From Dehalococcoidia bacterium (GTDB lineage Bacteria > Chloroflexota > Dehalococcoidia > UBA2979): a stretch of DNA of 64,000 nucleotides. The notes beneath the pieces were generated by a model, which worked only from the letters and a program-made list of their open reading frames with translations, did not search any database and was not told the origin of the DNA. The stretch covers positions 2,144,001 to 2,208,000 of the forward strand of contig OZ253555.1 in NCBI GenBank assembly GCA_965262725.1. Reading direction: 5' to 3'. A program made the position numbers and the translations under genes. Numbering within the stretch: position 1 is the stretch's first letter; each line of letters opens with the position of its first letter. Shown here one piece after another: positions 55,845 through 64,000 of this stretch.

Positions 55845-55985
55845 GCGGCCGATCGTAGGCGCGCGCCCGCCCCCCGGTCAAAGCGCCGGGCCGGGCGCTC
55901 GGGCGCCGGTCGCGACGGCGCTCACCGCAGGCAGCGGATACGATGTCTCGCGGGTTGGCGCGGCAGGGCGCCCGGGAGGCTGACG

Positions 55986-57371
55986 ATGCGCGTGCTCTCG
56001 ATCGGTCATCCGCTGCCCAACTCGGCCGTAGACAACCGCTCGATCTTCGATGCGCCGACGCTCTTCGACTACGAGGCGATCGTCATCGATCTGGCGGCGG
56101 TACAGGAGTCGGTACGCGAGGCCGCCCTGGCGACGGCGCCGCATCAGACCTCCGCCGGCGTCCCGGTCGTGAACGGCGAGAGCATCGGCGGTGCCTCGGG
56201 CCTCGCCGAGCTCCTGAACCGCCGCCGCGACGAGATGACGCGCGCGCTCGAGCGCGGAGCCGTCGTCGCGGCCTACCTCTATCCGACCTCGCTCGTTACG
56301 GAGGTGGCCGGGATGAGCGGTCTCGACCGCTACTTCCTGCTCCCCGCCCCCGCCGGGATGGGGTGGGACGCGCAGACGATCCGGGGTGGCGAGGGCCGCA
56401 CCGGAGCGATCGTCGATCACGCCCATCCCTTCGCCTCCGTCGTGGAGGCGACCCGCAGGCGACTCCACTACCGCGCCTACCTGAACGATCGCGCCCGGGG
56501 TGTGGCCGAGCATGCGCGTGTTTTCGTGCGCTCGGTGGGCGGGGCGCCGATCGGGGCGCAGATGCCGCTGCTCGCCGGCCAGCTCATCCTGCTTCCGGCG
56601 ATCACCTCGGCCAGCTCCACGCAGGCGATGCCCGAGGCGCAGGCCGTGGTCGCGGCGATGCAGGAGGCTCTGGGCCGGGTCGACGACGACCGGAGGCCGG
56701 GCTGGCTCGACGATCAGCCCGTGCCGGGGCTCGCGGAGCGCGAGGAGAAGGTCGACGAGACGCGCGCAGCCCTCGAGCGAGCGCAGGGCGCCTTCGACGA
56801 TGCCCGGGCCGCCGCCGGTGAGCTGAGCCCGCTGCGCGAAGTGCTCTGGCGCGCCGGCGAGCAGGCGCTCATGCCGGCCGTCGTGCGCTGCCTGGAGCTG
56901 CTCGGCTTCAGCGCGCGCGAGGACGGGTCGGGATGGCTGCTGACATCGCCCGAGGGAGAGCTGCTGCTCGAGGCGGAAGCCTCGGAGCGCGAGGTCAGGA
57001 TGGATCCGCACTATCGCCTGCGTGCGCGCGCCGACCGGCTGCTCGAGGAGCGGGCGCGCCCCGCGCGCGGCCTGATCGTGATCTCCGGGCACCGGATGAC
57101 GGAGCCGGTCAGGCGTGAGGCGCAGCCCGGCGACGCGCTCAGGGTCGCAGCCGAGTCTGTCGGCTACGCGCTCCTGACGGTGGACGAGCTCTTCTCGGCC
57201 GCCAGCTCGGCCCTCGCTCACGCCGACGGGACGGAGGGGGGCGCCGACGAGGCGACCCTCGCCGGCTGGCGCGCATGCCTCGTCGCAGGGGAGGGCCTCG
57301 TCACGCTCGCAGGGAGCGATTCCGGGGAGGCCGACGGCGGGGGAGAGGGCGAGCGCGAGGGGGAGGACTAG
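55986..57371 (+). CDS. Conserved hypothetical protein with coiled coil
   Basis: 461 aa, GGAGG RBS, backbone-like codon usage; no recognised motif. Confidence 0.75.
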   Translation: MRVLSIGHPLPNSAVDNRSIFDAPTLFDYEAIVIDLAAVQESVREAALATAPHQTSAGVPVVNGESIGGASGLAELLNRRRDEMTRALERGAVVAAYLYPTSLVTEVAGMSGLDRYFLLPAPAGMGWDAQTIRGGEGRTGAIVDHAHPFASVVEATRRRLHYRAYLNDRARGVAEHARVFVRSVGGAPIGAQMPLLAGQLILLPAITSASSTQAMPEAQAVVAAMQEALGRVDDDRRPGWLDDQPVPGLAEREEKVDETRAALERAQGAFDDARAAAGELSPLREVLWRAGEQALMPAVVRCLELLGFSAREDGSGWLLTSPEGELLLEAEASEREVRMDPHYRLRARADRLLEERARPARGLIVISGHRMTEPVRREAQPGDALRVAAESVGYALLTVDELFSAASSALAHADGTEGGADEATLAGWRACLVAGEGLVTLAGSDSGEADGGGEGEREGED

Positions 57372-58573
57372 GAGCCCGGGGCAGCGACCAGCGGGCGGTC
57401 TACCTCCGTCGGCTCGGCGTAGTCGACGCCCTCCACGCCGAAGCCGAAGAGCTGCTCGAAGTCGCTGCGGTATCCCTGGTAGTCGCTCAACTCACGCAGA
57501 TTCTCCGTGCTCACCTGCTCCCAGATCTCGGCCACGCGCGCCTGGACGGCTGGCTCCATCTCGAGGTCGTCGAGGCGGATCCGCCCCTCCGCGTCGACCC
57601 CGCTCTCGCGGGCGGCCGGCAGGAGCTCGGTGAAGAGGCGGGCTATCTGCTCGGTCGCGTTCTCGTGCGTGCCGCGCTCCTTCATGACGCGGAAGAGGAT
57701 CGCGGCGTAGAGCGCGAAGGCCGGGATCGCCGCCGACGCCTGCGTGACGACCGCCTTGTTGAGCGAGACCCAGGCTCCGCCGCCGTCCCCGGCGAGCTGC
57801 TCCGAGATCGCGTGGGCCGTCGCCTCCAGGTGCTCCTTGGCGCGGCCGATGGTGCCGTGCCGGTAGATCGCCCGCGTCAGGTCGCCCCCGACGTAGCTGT
57901 AGGCGAGGGTGCGCGCCCCCGGCGCCAGCAGCCCGGCTCCCCGGAGATCCTCGATCCAGGAAGCCCAGTCGTCGCCCCCCATCACGCGCACGGTGCCCTC
58001 GATCTCGTCGGCACTGGCCGCCTCGAACGACGCCTCGCGCACCTCGCCCGAGCGCAGGTCGATGGACTTCCCCCGGAACGGGGCGCCGACGGGCTTGAGC
58101 GTCGTCCTCCAGGTCGTGCCGCTCGCCTCGTCGTCGCGCCGCGGCGCGGCGAGCGAGTAGATGACGAGGTCGAGCGGCCCGAAGCGCTCCGCGAGCGCCT
58201 CTCTCACCTGGAGCTTCACGCCGGGCGAGAAGGCGTTGCCGTTCACCGTCTCGAGGTGGCGCCCCTCGCTCGCGGCGATGCGGTGCGCCTCGGCGAGGTT
58301 GTACCAGCCGGCGCTCCCGCCGCGATCGCCCTCTGGCGCCCGCTCCAGGCAGACGCCGAGCGTGGCGGCGCCCGCCCCGAAGACCGAACAGAGCAGGCTC
58401 GCGAGCCCGTAGCCTGTTGAGGAGCCGATCACGAGGACGTTCGCGAGGGGCGGAATCGGGCCGGCGCCACGCACGATCTCGACCTCGCGCCGGACGCGCT
58501 CCGCGCAGCCCTCGGGGTGCGCGGTGAGCGAGATGAAGCCCCGGATGCGCGGCTCGATGATCTGGCGTGGCAT
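57368..58573 (-). CDS. fabV: Trans-2-enoyl-CoA/enoyl-ACP reductase FabV
   Basis: RGFISLTAHPEGC, GSSTGYGL, VMGGDDW, YSYVG, Y-x8-K (YAAILFRVMK), FGF. Confidence 0.95.
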   Translation of the reverse strand: MPRQIIEPRIRGFISLTAHPEGCAERVRREVEIVRGAGPIPPLANVLVIGSSTGYGLASLLCSVFGAGAATLGVCLERAPEGDRGGSAGWYNLAEAHRIAASEGRHLETVNGNAFSPGVKLQVREALAERFGPLDLVIYSLAAPRRDDEASGTTWRTTLKPVGAPFRGKSIDLRSGEVREASFEAASADEIEGTVRVMGGDDWASWIEDLRGAGLLAPGARTLAYSYVGGDLTRAIYRHGTIGRAKEHLEATAHAISEQLAGDGGGAWVSLNKAVVTQASAAIPAFALYAAILFRVMKERGTHENATEQIARLFTELLPAARESGVDAEGRIRLDDLEMEPAVQARVAEIWEQVSTENLRELSDYQGYRSDFEQLFGFGVEGVDYAEPTEVDRPLVAAPGS

Positions 58574-58658
58574 CGCAACCCTCCCCACCGGAACTCTACC
58601 CGCGCCCTGGCCCTCGTGCGATCGTTGGGCGTCCGTCCGATCGGGTACGATCGCGGCG

Positions 58659-59336
58659 ATGACGACACGGCTTCGGGCGGCTGTCGGGATCCGGGCCCGA
58701 CGTGCAGTCCTCGGCGCCCTGCTGCTCCTCGCCGGGGCGCTCGCGGCTGCCTCCTGCGGCGGCGGTGAGGGCGAGCCTCCCCCGACCGGCGCGGCCTCGG
58801 GCGTCCGCCCCGCCGCCACCTCCGGCGGCCCCGCCGCCACCTCCGGCGGCCCCGCCGCCACCTCCGGCGGCCTCGCCGCCGCCTCCGCGCAGGAGATTGA
58901 CGTCTGGGCCCAGGCGATGTGCTCGCTCCAGAGCGAGTTCGAGGCCAGGGCGGCCGCGCTCGCCGACGGCATTGACCCGACCACGCTCGATCTCGAGCAG
59001 CGCAAAGCCCGCTACCGGCGCATCGGGCCCCGGCAGGTCGGGCTCTACGCGGACGTGGCGCGCGCCCTCTCGCAGCTCGATCCGCCGGCCGGCGCCAGCT
59101 TCTTGCACCAGGCGGTCCTGCTTCAGGTGCGGGGCCTATCCGCCGCGCTCGAGCGCCAGGCCGGGCTCGTCGACGCCGCCTCGACGACCGCGGAGATCGA
59201 CGCCACCAACCAGGACGTGGAGCAGGTCCGCCGCCAGACGGGCGCCGAGGTCAGGTTCGCGGAGCAGGCGCTGCCCGGCCCCATCCGCACGGCGCTCGCC
59301 GCCTGCGGCGGCACGGGCGGGCTGGGCGTTCCGTAG
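58659..59336 (+). CDS. Hypothetical lipoprotein
   Basis: LAAASC lipobox, repeat linker, helical domain with two Cys. Confidence 0.7.
   Translation: MTTRLRAAVGIRARRAVLGALLLLAGALAAASCGGGEGEPPPTGAASGVRPAATSGGPAATSGGPAATSGGLAAASAQEIDVWAQAMCSLQSEFEARAAALADGIDPTTLDLEQRKARYRRIGPRQVGLYADVARALSQLDPPAGASFLHQAVLLQVRGLSAALERQAGLVDAASTTAEIDATNQDVEQVRRQTGAEVRFAEQALPGPIRTALAACGGTGGLGVP
58809..58871 (+). repeat. 21-bp tandem repeat x3 (PAATSGG)
   Basis: cccgccgccacctccggcggc, three perfect copies. Confidence 0.95.
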
Positions 59337-59370
59337 GGTCGCGGTGACGGACCGGGTCGGCGCAGCGCGA

Positions 59371-60237
59371 TCAGGGGGAGGTCGCCGCTGCCGGAGCGAC
59401 CGGCTCATCGTTCGTGTCGCGCGCTCTCCACCGCCTGTTCACTACGGCGGCCGCGCCGAAGAATGCCGTGGCGACCAGCGCCATCGCGGGCCCCGAGGGC
59501 AGGTCGGCGTGGAACGAGAGGTAGAGGCCTCCCACCGCCGACGCCGCTCCGATCAGGGCCCCGACGATCATGACTCCGACGAAGCGCCGGGCGAGGAGAT
59601 AGCCGCTCGCCGCGGGCGTGATGAGCATCGCCATCACCAGGACGATCCCAGCGGCCTGGATGCCGATCACGATGACGAGAGCCAGCAGCGCGAGCAGCAC
59701 GTACTCCACGAACCCCGTCCGGATGCCGGCGACCGTCGCCCCCACGGGGTCGAACGTCGTGTACACGAGCTGGCGATGGAAGGCGTAGAGCCCGGAGAGC
59801 ACGACCGCGGTGAGCACAAGCGAGACGAGAACGTCGGTTCGCGAGACGCCGAGCAGCTGCCCGAGCAGGAGGTCCTCGATGTTGACGGTGACGTTGGTGG
59901 CCTTCGAGAGCATCACCAGCCCGAGCGCGAACAGCCCGGCGAAGAGGATCCCGATGGATGTGTCCTCGCTGATGCCGGTGCGCCGGCTGATCGATCCCAT
60001 CAGGAGCGCGATCGCGACCCCGGCCGGGACGGCCGCCAGGAACGGGCTGATGCCGAGGAGGAAGGCGACGACCATCGCGGGGAGCACCGAGTGCGCGAGG
60101 GCGTCCCCCATGAACGCGCGGCCGCGCGTGATGACGTAGGCCCCGAGGACGGGGCACATCACGCCGACCAGCACGGAGACGACCAGCGCCCGCACCATGA
60201 ACGAGTACTGGAACGGCCCGATCACGTAGTCGATCAC
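59371..60237 (-). CDS. Zn/Mn ABC transporter permease
   Basis: FMGDALAHSVLP, EDTSIGI, TFDP, LITPAA. Confidence 0.93.
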   Translation of the reverse strand: MIDYVIGPFQYSFMVRALVVSVLVGVMCPVLGAYVITRGRAFMGDALAHSVLPAMVVAFLLGISPFLAAVPAGVAIALLMGSISRRTGISEDTSIGILFAGLFALGLVMLSKATNVTVNIEDLLLGQLLGVSRTDVLVSLVLTAVVLSGLYAFHRQLVYTTFDPVGATVAGIRTGFVEYVLLALLALVIVIGIQAAGIVLVMAMLITPAASGYLLARRFVGVMIVGALIGAASAVGGLYLSFHADLPSGPAMALVATAFFGAAAVVNRRWRARDTNDEPVAPAAATSP

Positions 60238-60992
60238 GGGCGGCGCTCCCCCGTGGCGCCGTCAGGGTGGGAGAACTCGACACCATGGGAGCCGTAGAGC
60301 TCCTCGAGCACCTCGGGCGTGAAGGCCTCCGCGGGCGGACCGTAGGCGCAGACGTGGCGGTTGATGCAGAGCACCCGATCGAAGCGCTCGGCGAGGTTGG
60401 TGAGATCGTGGGTGGCGAGGAGCACGATCCGCCCCTCGTCGCGCAGCGACTGCAGCACCCGCACGATCCCCTCCTGGGCCGCGACGTCGACGCCGCTGAA
60501 CGCCTCGTCGAGCAGGATGATGCGTGCGTCCTGGGCAAGGGCCCGCGCGATGAAGACGCGCTGGCGCTGGCCGCCCGAGAGCTCCGTCATCAGCGCCTGC
60601 CGCCGATCCCACAGGCGGACGCGCTCGAGGCAGGCGCGGGCCACCTCGCGGTCCTGCGTGCTCAGGCGCCGGTACCACGCGATGTGACTGGACCGCCCCA
60701 TCATCACCACGTCGAGGGCCGTCGCGGGGAAGTTCCAGTTGATGGAGTCGCGCTGCGGGACGTACGCGAGCGCCCCGCGGCGATCCTCCGTTCCGCGCAA
60801 CGTGACCGTGCCCCGCGTGATGGGATGCACGCCCGCGATCGCGTCGAAGAGCGTGCTCTTGCCGGCGCCGTTCGGACCGAGCACGCCCATCAGCGTGCCG
60901 CGATCGACCTCGAAGGTGACGTCCTCAAGCGCCTGGTACCCGTCGTGCTCTACGACGACGCCCGCGACCGCGATCCCGGGCTCAGAGTGCAT
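60234..60992 (-). CDS. Zn/Mn ABC transporter ATP-binding protein
   Basis: GPNGAGKST, YVPQR, LSGGQRQR, LLDE, ATHDL. Confidence 0.94.
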   Translation of the reverse strand: MHSEPGIAVAGVVVEHDGYQALEDVTFEVDRGTLMGVLGPNGAGKSTLFDAIAGVHPITRGTVTLRGTEDRRGALAYVPQRDSINWNFPATALDVVMMGRSSHIAWYRRLSTQDREVARACLERVRLWDRRQALMTELSGGQRQRVFIARALAQDARIILLDEAFSGVDVAAQEGIVRVLQSLRDEGRIVLLATHDLTNLAERFDRVLCINRHVCAYGPPAEAFTPEVLEELYGSHGVEFSHPDGATGERRP

Positions 60993-61070
60993 GCTGCGCC
61001 ACCTCCGCGGCAGCCGCGGCTATCCGCTACCGCGCGCGATTCCTGCCGCGACCCCTGCGCGACAACGCGC

Positions 61071-62276
61071 TCACCTCAGCGCCTCGACGATGCGCGCGAC
61101 GTTCGTGCGCACCATCTCGAGGTAGGTCTCTGCGCCGCTACCCCGGACGCCGAGCGACCCGGAGTAGAGCCGGACCAGCTCCGCACCCGACTCCTCAGCC
61201 ACCGCCGCGGCAAGCCGCTCGCTCACCGTCGTCTCGCCGAAGACGGCCGGCACGCCGAACTCCTCTATCTCGTGGACCAGCTCCGCGAGGTCGGTCGCCG
61301 ACGGCGTTGCCTCGGTGGTGGTGGAGAGGATAACGCCGACCACGTCGAAGCCGTAGAGCGCGGCGAAGTAGCCCAGGCTGTCGTGGGAGGTCAGGAGCAG
61401 TCGCCGGTGCTCCGGCACGGCCACGACCTGCTCCGCCGTCCAGCCGTGCAGCAGGTCGAGCTCCGCCCTGTAGGCCGACGCGCCGGCCCGGTACGCGTCG
61501 CCCCGCTCGGGGTCGAGCTCCGTGAGGCGCGCGGCGATCGCGTCGACGGCGAGCTTCACACGGAGCGGATCGAACCAGAAGTGGGGGTCGTAGAGGCCGT
61601 GGCCGTGGTCGTCGTGCTCGCCCTCCTCCTCGCCGACGAGCCCCTCGATGGCCTCGATCGCGGCGGAGGGCCCCCTGCGCCCGGCCTCGGCCTCCTGGAT
61701 GACCGCGAGGACCATCTCGACTACGTCCTCGTCCGCTTCGCGGTGCTCGTCGTCCTCCCCGTCGCCAGCGAGCATCGCCGCGATCTGCCGCAGGGCCTCC
61801 TCGGCGTCGACCTCGCCCTCCTCGACCTCGTGGACGATCTCCTCCAGCTCCTCGAGGAACACGATCTCATCCGCGTGGGACGCGCCGAACTCGAGGGGAT
61901 CGATGAGCTCGCCGAGCTCCACGATCGCCGACGGATCCTGAGAGGCGTTCTCGAGGAGCTCCACGAGCCACGACCCCTCAAGGCCGAGGCCGACCGCCAG
62001 CACCAGGTGGGCGTCGGCGATTCTCGCCACGTCGCGCGCTCCGGGCTGGAACGAGTGAGGGTCGGCTCCGACCGGCACCAGGCTGAAGACGTCGACGTGC
62101 TCACCGCCGACGTTCTCGACCCAGTCGGCGACGACGTTCGTGGTCGTGACCACGCGGACGCGAGGGTCCGCGCCGGCGCCACCGCCGCCGGAGCTGCCGC
62201 CCCCGCACGCGGCGAGAAGCGCCAGTCCGGCGACCAGGGCGAGCGGCGCGAGCGCTGCCATCGTCGCGTGGCGCAT
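61071..62276 (-). CDS. Zn/Mn ABC transporter substrate-binding lipoprotein with acidic insertion
   Basis: LAAC lipobox, DPHSF, DPHFWFDP, SHDSLGYF. Confidence 0.93.
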   Translation of the reverse strand: MRHATMAALAPLALVAGLALLAACGGGSSGGGGAGADPRVRVVTTTNVVADWVENVGGEHVDVFSLVPVGADPHSFQPGARDVARIADAHLVLAVGLGLEGSWLVELLENASQDPSAIVELGELIDPLEFGASHADEIVFLEELEEIVHEVEEGEVDAEEALRQIAAMLAGDGEDDEHREADEDVVEMVLAVIQEAEAGRRGPSAAIEAIEGLVGEEEGEHDDHGHGLYDPHFWFDPLRVKLAVDAIAARLTELDPERGDAYRAGASAYRAELDLLHGWTAEQVVAVPEHRRLLLTSHDSLGYFAALYGFDVVGVILSTTTEATPSATDLAELVHEIEEFGVPAVFGETTVSERLAAAVAEESGAELVRLYSGSLGVRGSGAETYLEMVRTNVARIVEALR

Positions 62277-62324
62277 CGGGGCGTCCTCGCCGTGCCGCCG
62301 GCCGCGCCGGCGGGCGCGTCCGAG

Positions 62325-62355
62325 TGATACCCTGTATCAGGGAGACACAGTATCA
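62325..62355. promoter_or_regulatory. Putative Fur/Zur-family operator, two tandem boxes
   Basis: TGATAC-CCT-GTATCA palindrome (62325-62339) plus imperfect GGAGACACAGTATCA (62341-62355), about 50 bp upstream of the metal ABC operon. Confidence 0.6.
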
Positions 62356-62459
62356 GGCCGAGACGCGCGGGACAACGCCGGGGGTCGCCCGCTTGTCGGC
62401 CCTTGCGTGGCGGGCTCGGGTCGCCTCGGCGCGGGGCGGGGTCGGTGCCTCGCTCCCCG

Positions 62460-64000
62460 TCAGTCCCGCAGGCGCAGCACGGCCATGAAGGCCTCCTGAG
62501 GGATCTCGACGGAGCCGAGCATCTTCATCCGCTTCTTGCCCGCCTTTTGCGCCTCGAGCAGCTTGCGCTTGCGGCTGACGTCGCCGCCGTAGCACTTGGA
62601 GAGCACGTTCTTCCGGAGCGCGCGCACCGTTTCGCGGGCGACGATCCGCCCGCCGACGGCGGCCTGGATCGGCACGTCGAAGAGCTGCCTCGGTATCAGC
62701 TCCTTCAGGTGCCCGACCATGCGCCGCCCACTCGCCGCCGCATCCCCGGAGGGGACGATCGCGGAGAGGGCGTCGACCGGCTCGCCGTTCACGAGCACGT
62801 CGAGCCGCACCACGCGCGCCGGCCGGTAGGAGGCGAACTGGTAGTCGAGGGAGGCGTAGCCGGAGGTGCGCGATTTCAGCTGGTCGTAGAAGTCGACGAG
62901 GATCTCCGAGAGCGGCACCAGATACGCCGCGAGGACGCGGGCGTCGCCCTGCTCGACGTTGCTTCCGGCGTCGAGGTAGTCGAGCTTCTCGAACTCGCCC
63001 CGGTGCTCCTCCATCAGCCCCATCACCGCGCCGACGAAGCGGACCGGCAGCGTGATCGCGACGCGCACCCAGGGCTCGCGGATCTCGGCGGTGTGGTTCG
63101 GCGGGGGAAGCCTCGCCGGGGAATCGACCACCGACTCCGCCCCGTCGGTGAGCGTGACCCGGTACTCGACGCTCGGCGCTGTCGCGACGAGATCGAGGTC
63201 GAACTCGCGCTCGAGGCGCTCCTGCACGATCTCCATGTGGAGGAGTCCCAGGAAGCCGCAGCGGAAGCCGAAGCCGAGCGCCGCCGAGCTCTCCGGCTGC
63301 CAGGCGAGCGAGGCGTCGTTCAGCGAGAGCTTCTCCAGCGCCTCGCGAAGCTGCGGGTACTGGTTGGCATCGGAGGGATAGAGGCCGGCGAAGACCATCG
63401 ACTTTGCCGGCGCGTACCCGGGGAGCGGCGCCTCGGCGCCGCGCACGGCCGTCGTCACGGTGTCGCCGACGCGCGCCTCACCGACACCCTTGAGGCCGGT
63501 CGCGATATAGCCGACCTGGCCGGTCTCCAGGGCCCCGGCGGGCGTCAGCTGCGGACGGAAGCAACCGACCTCAAGTGGCTCGAAGCGGCGCCCCTGCTGG
63601 ATCAGACGCAGACCCGCGCGCCCGTCGAGGCGGCCGTCGACGACGCGCACGTAGAGCACCACCCCCTTGAACGAATCGTATGCGGCGTCCAGCACGAGCG
63701 CCCTCAGCGGCGCGCTGGCGTCGCCCGAGGGCGGGGGCACGTCGCGGACCACCGCCTCCAGCACCGCCTCCACGCCCTCGCCGGTCCGCGCCGAGGCGAA
63801 GCGGATCTGGTCGCGCTCGAAGCCGATGACGTCGACGAGCTCCTGCGCCACGCGCTGCGGGTCGGCGAGCGGCGCGTCCACCTTGTTGACGACGGGCACG
63901 AGCGTGAGATCGAGCTCGATGGCCTGGTAGACGGTGGCGAGCGTCTGCGCCTGGATGCCCTGCGTCGCGTCCACCACCACCACGGCGCCCTCGCAGGCCG
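62460..64000 (-). CDS. lepA: Elongation factor 4 (LepA), 5' end outside the window
   Basis: VVDATQGIQAQT, NKVD, GFRCGFLGLLHMEIVQERLERE, KCYGGDVSRKRKLLE. Confidence 0.97.
   Translation of the reverse strand, partial: ACEGAVVVVDATQGIQAQTLATVYQAIELDLTLVPVVNKVDAPLADPQRVAQELVDVIGFERDQIRFASARTGEGVEAVLEAVVRDVPPPSGDASAPLRALVLDAAYDSFKGVVLYVRVVDGRLDGRAGLRLIQQGRRFEPLEVGCFRPQLTPAGALETGQVGYIATGLKGVGEARVGDTVTTAVRGAEAPLPGYAPAKSMVFAGLYPSDANQYPQLREALEKLSLNDASLAWQPESSAALGFGFRCGFLGLLHMEIVQERLEREFDLDLVATAPSVEYRVTLTDGAESVVDSPARLPPPNHTAEIREPWVRVAITLPVRFVGAVMGLMEEHRGEFEKLDYLDAGSNVEQGDARVLAAYLVPLSEILVDFYDQLKSRTSGYASLDYQFASYRPARVVRLDVLVNGEPVDALSAIVPSGDAAASGRRMVGHLKELIPRQLFDVPIQAAVGGRIVARETVRALRKNVLSKCYGGDVSRKRKLLEAQKAGKKRMKMLGSVEIPQEAFMAVLRLRD

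Noticed and set aside
1-64000. CRISPR array, cas genes, rRNA, intact tRNA, integrase, reverse transcriptase
   Set aside because: None seen; no regularly spaced repeat-spacer pattern.

Overview
Very GC-rich bacterial chromosomal window. Gene content and order (TIGR03663/DUF2298 membrane glycosylation genes, large-type SRP RNA, FabV, orphan Tat-exported family-5 solute-binding protein, MaoC pair, Ig-like alpha-2-macroglobulin) suggest Chloroflexota, probably Dehalococcoidia-like; this is an inference. The backbone is housekeeping: mutL, S8 protease, mutS, nuoE/nuoF-like, alpha-2-macroglobulin, ftsY, smc, rnc, tRNA nucleotidyltransferase, dinG, pncAB, ispE, rsmA, ffs, fabV, a Zn/Mn ABC operon and lepA. 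Three accessory regions interrupt it. (1) 1-1750, downstream of mutL. (2) A lower-GC, decaying, defence-like island at about 7960-15330 between mutS and nuoF. It holds two HEPN-like genes, a Schlafen/AlbA gene, an IS256 relic, a tRNA-like relic and several gene fragments, and is punctuated by three copies (two direct, one inverted) of a GTAC-TGTACTGCGAACT motif. (3) A pRiA4b-ORF3 gene at about 25100. The most unusual signals are (a) two independent cases where an accessory gene sits between an intact housekeeping gene and a diverged, frameshifted copy of that gene's last ~85-100 bp, with no integrase in view, and (b) the transposase-less, TGT-starting repeat motif bracketing defence-like cargo. 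All family assignments come from motif recognition by eye, not database searches.
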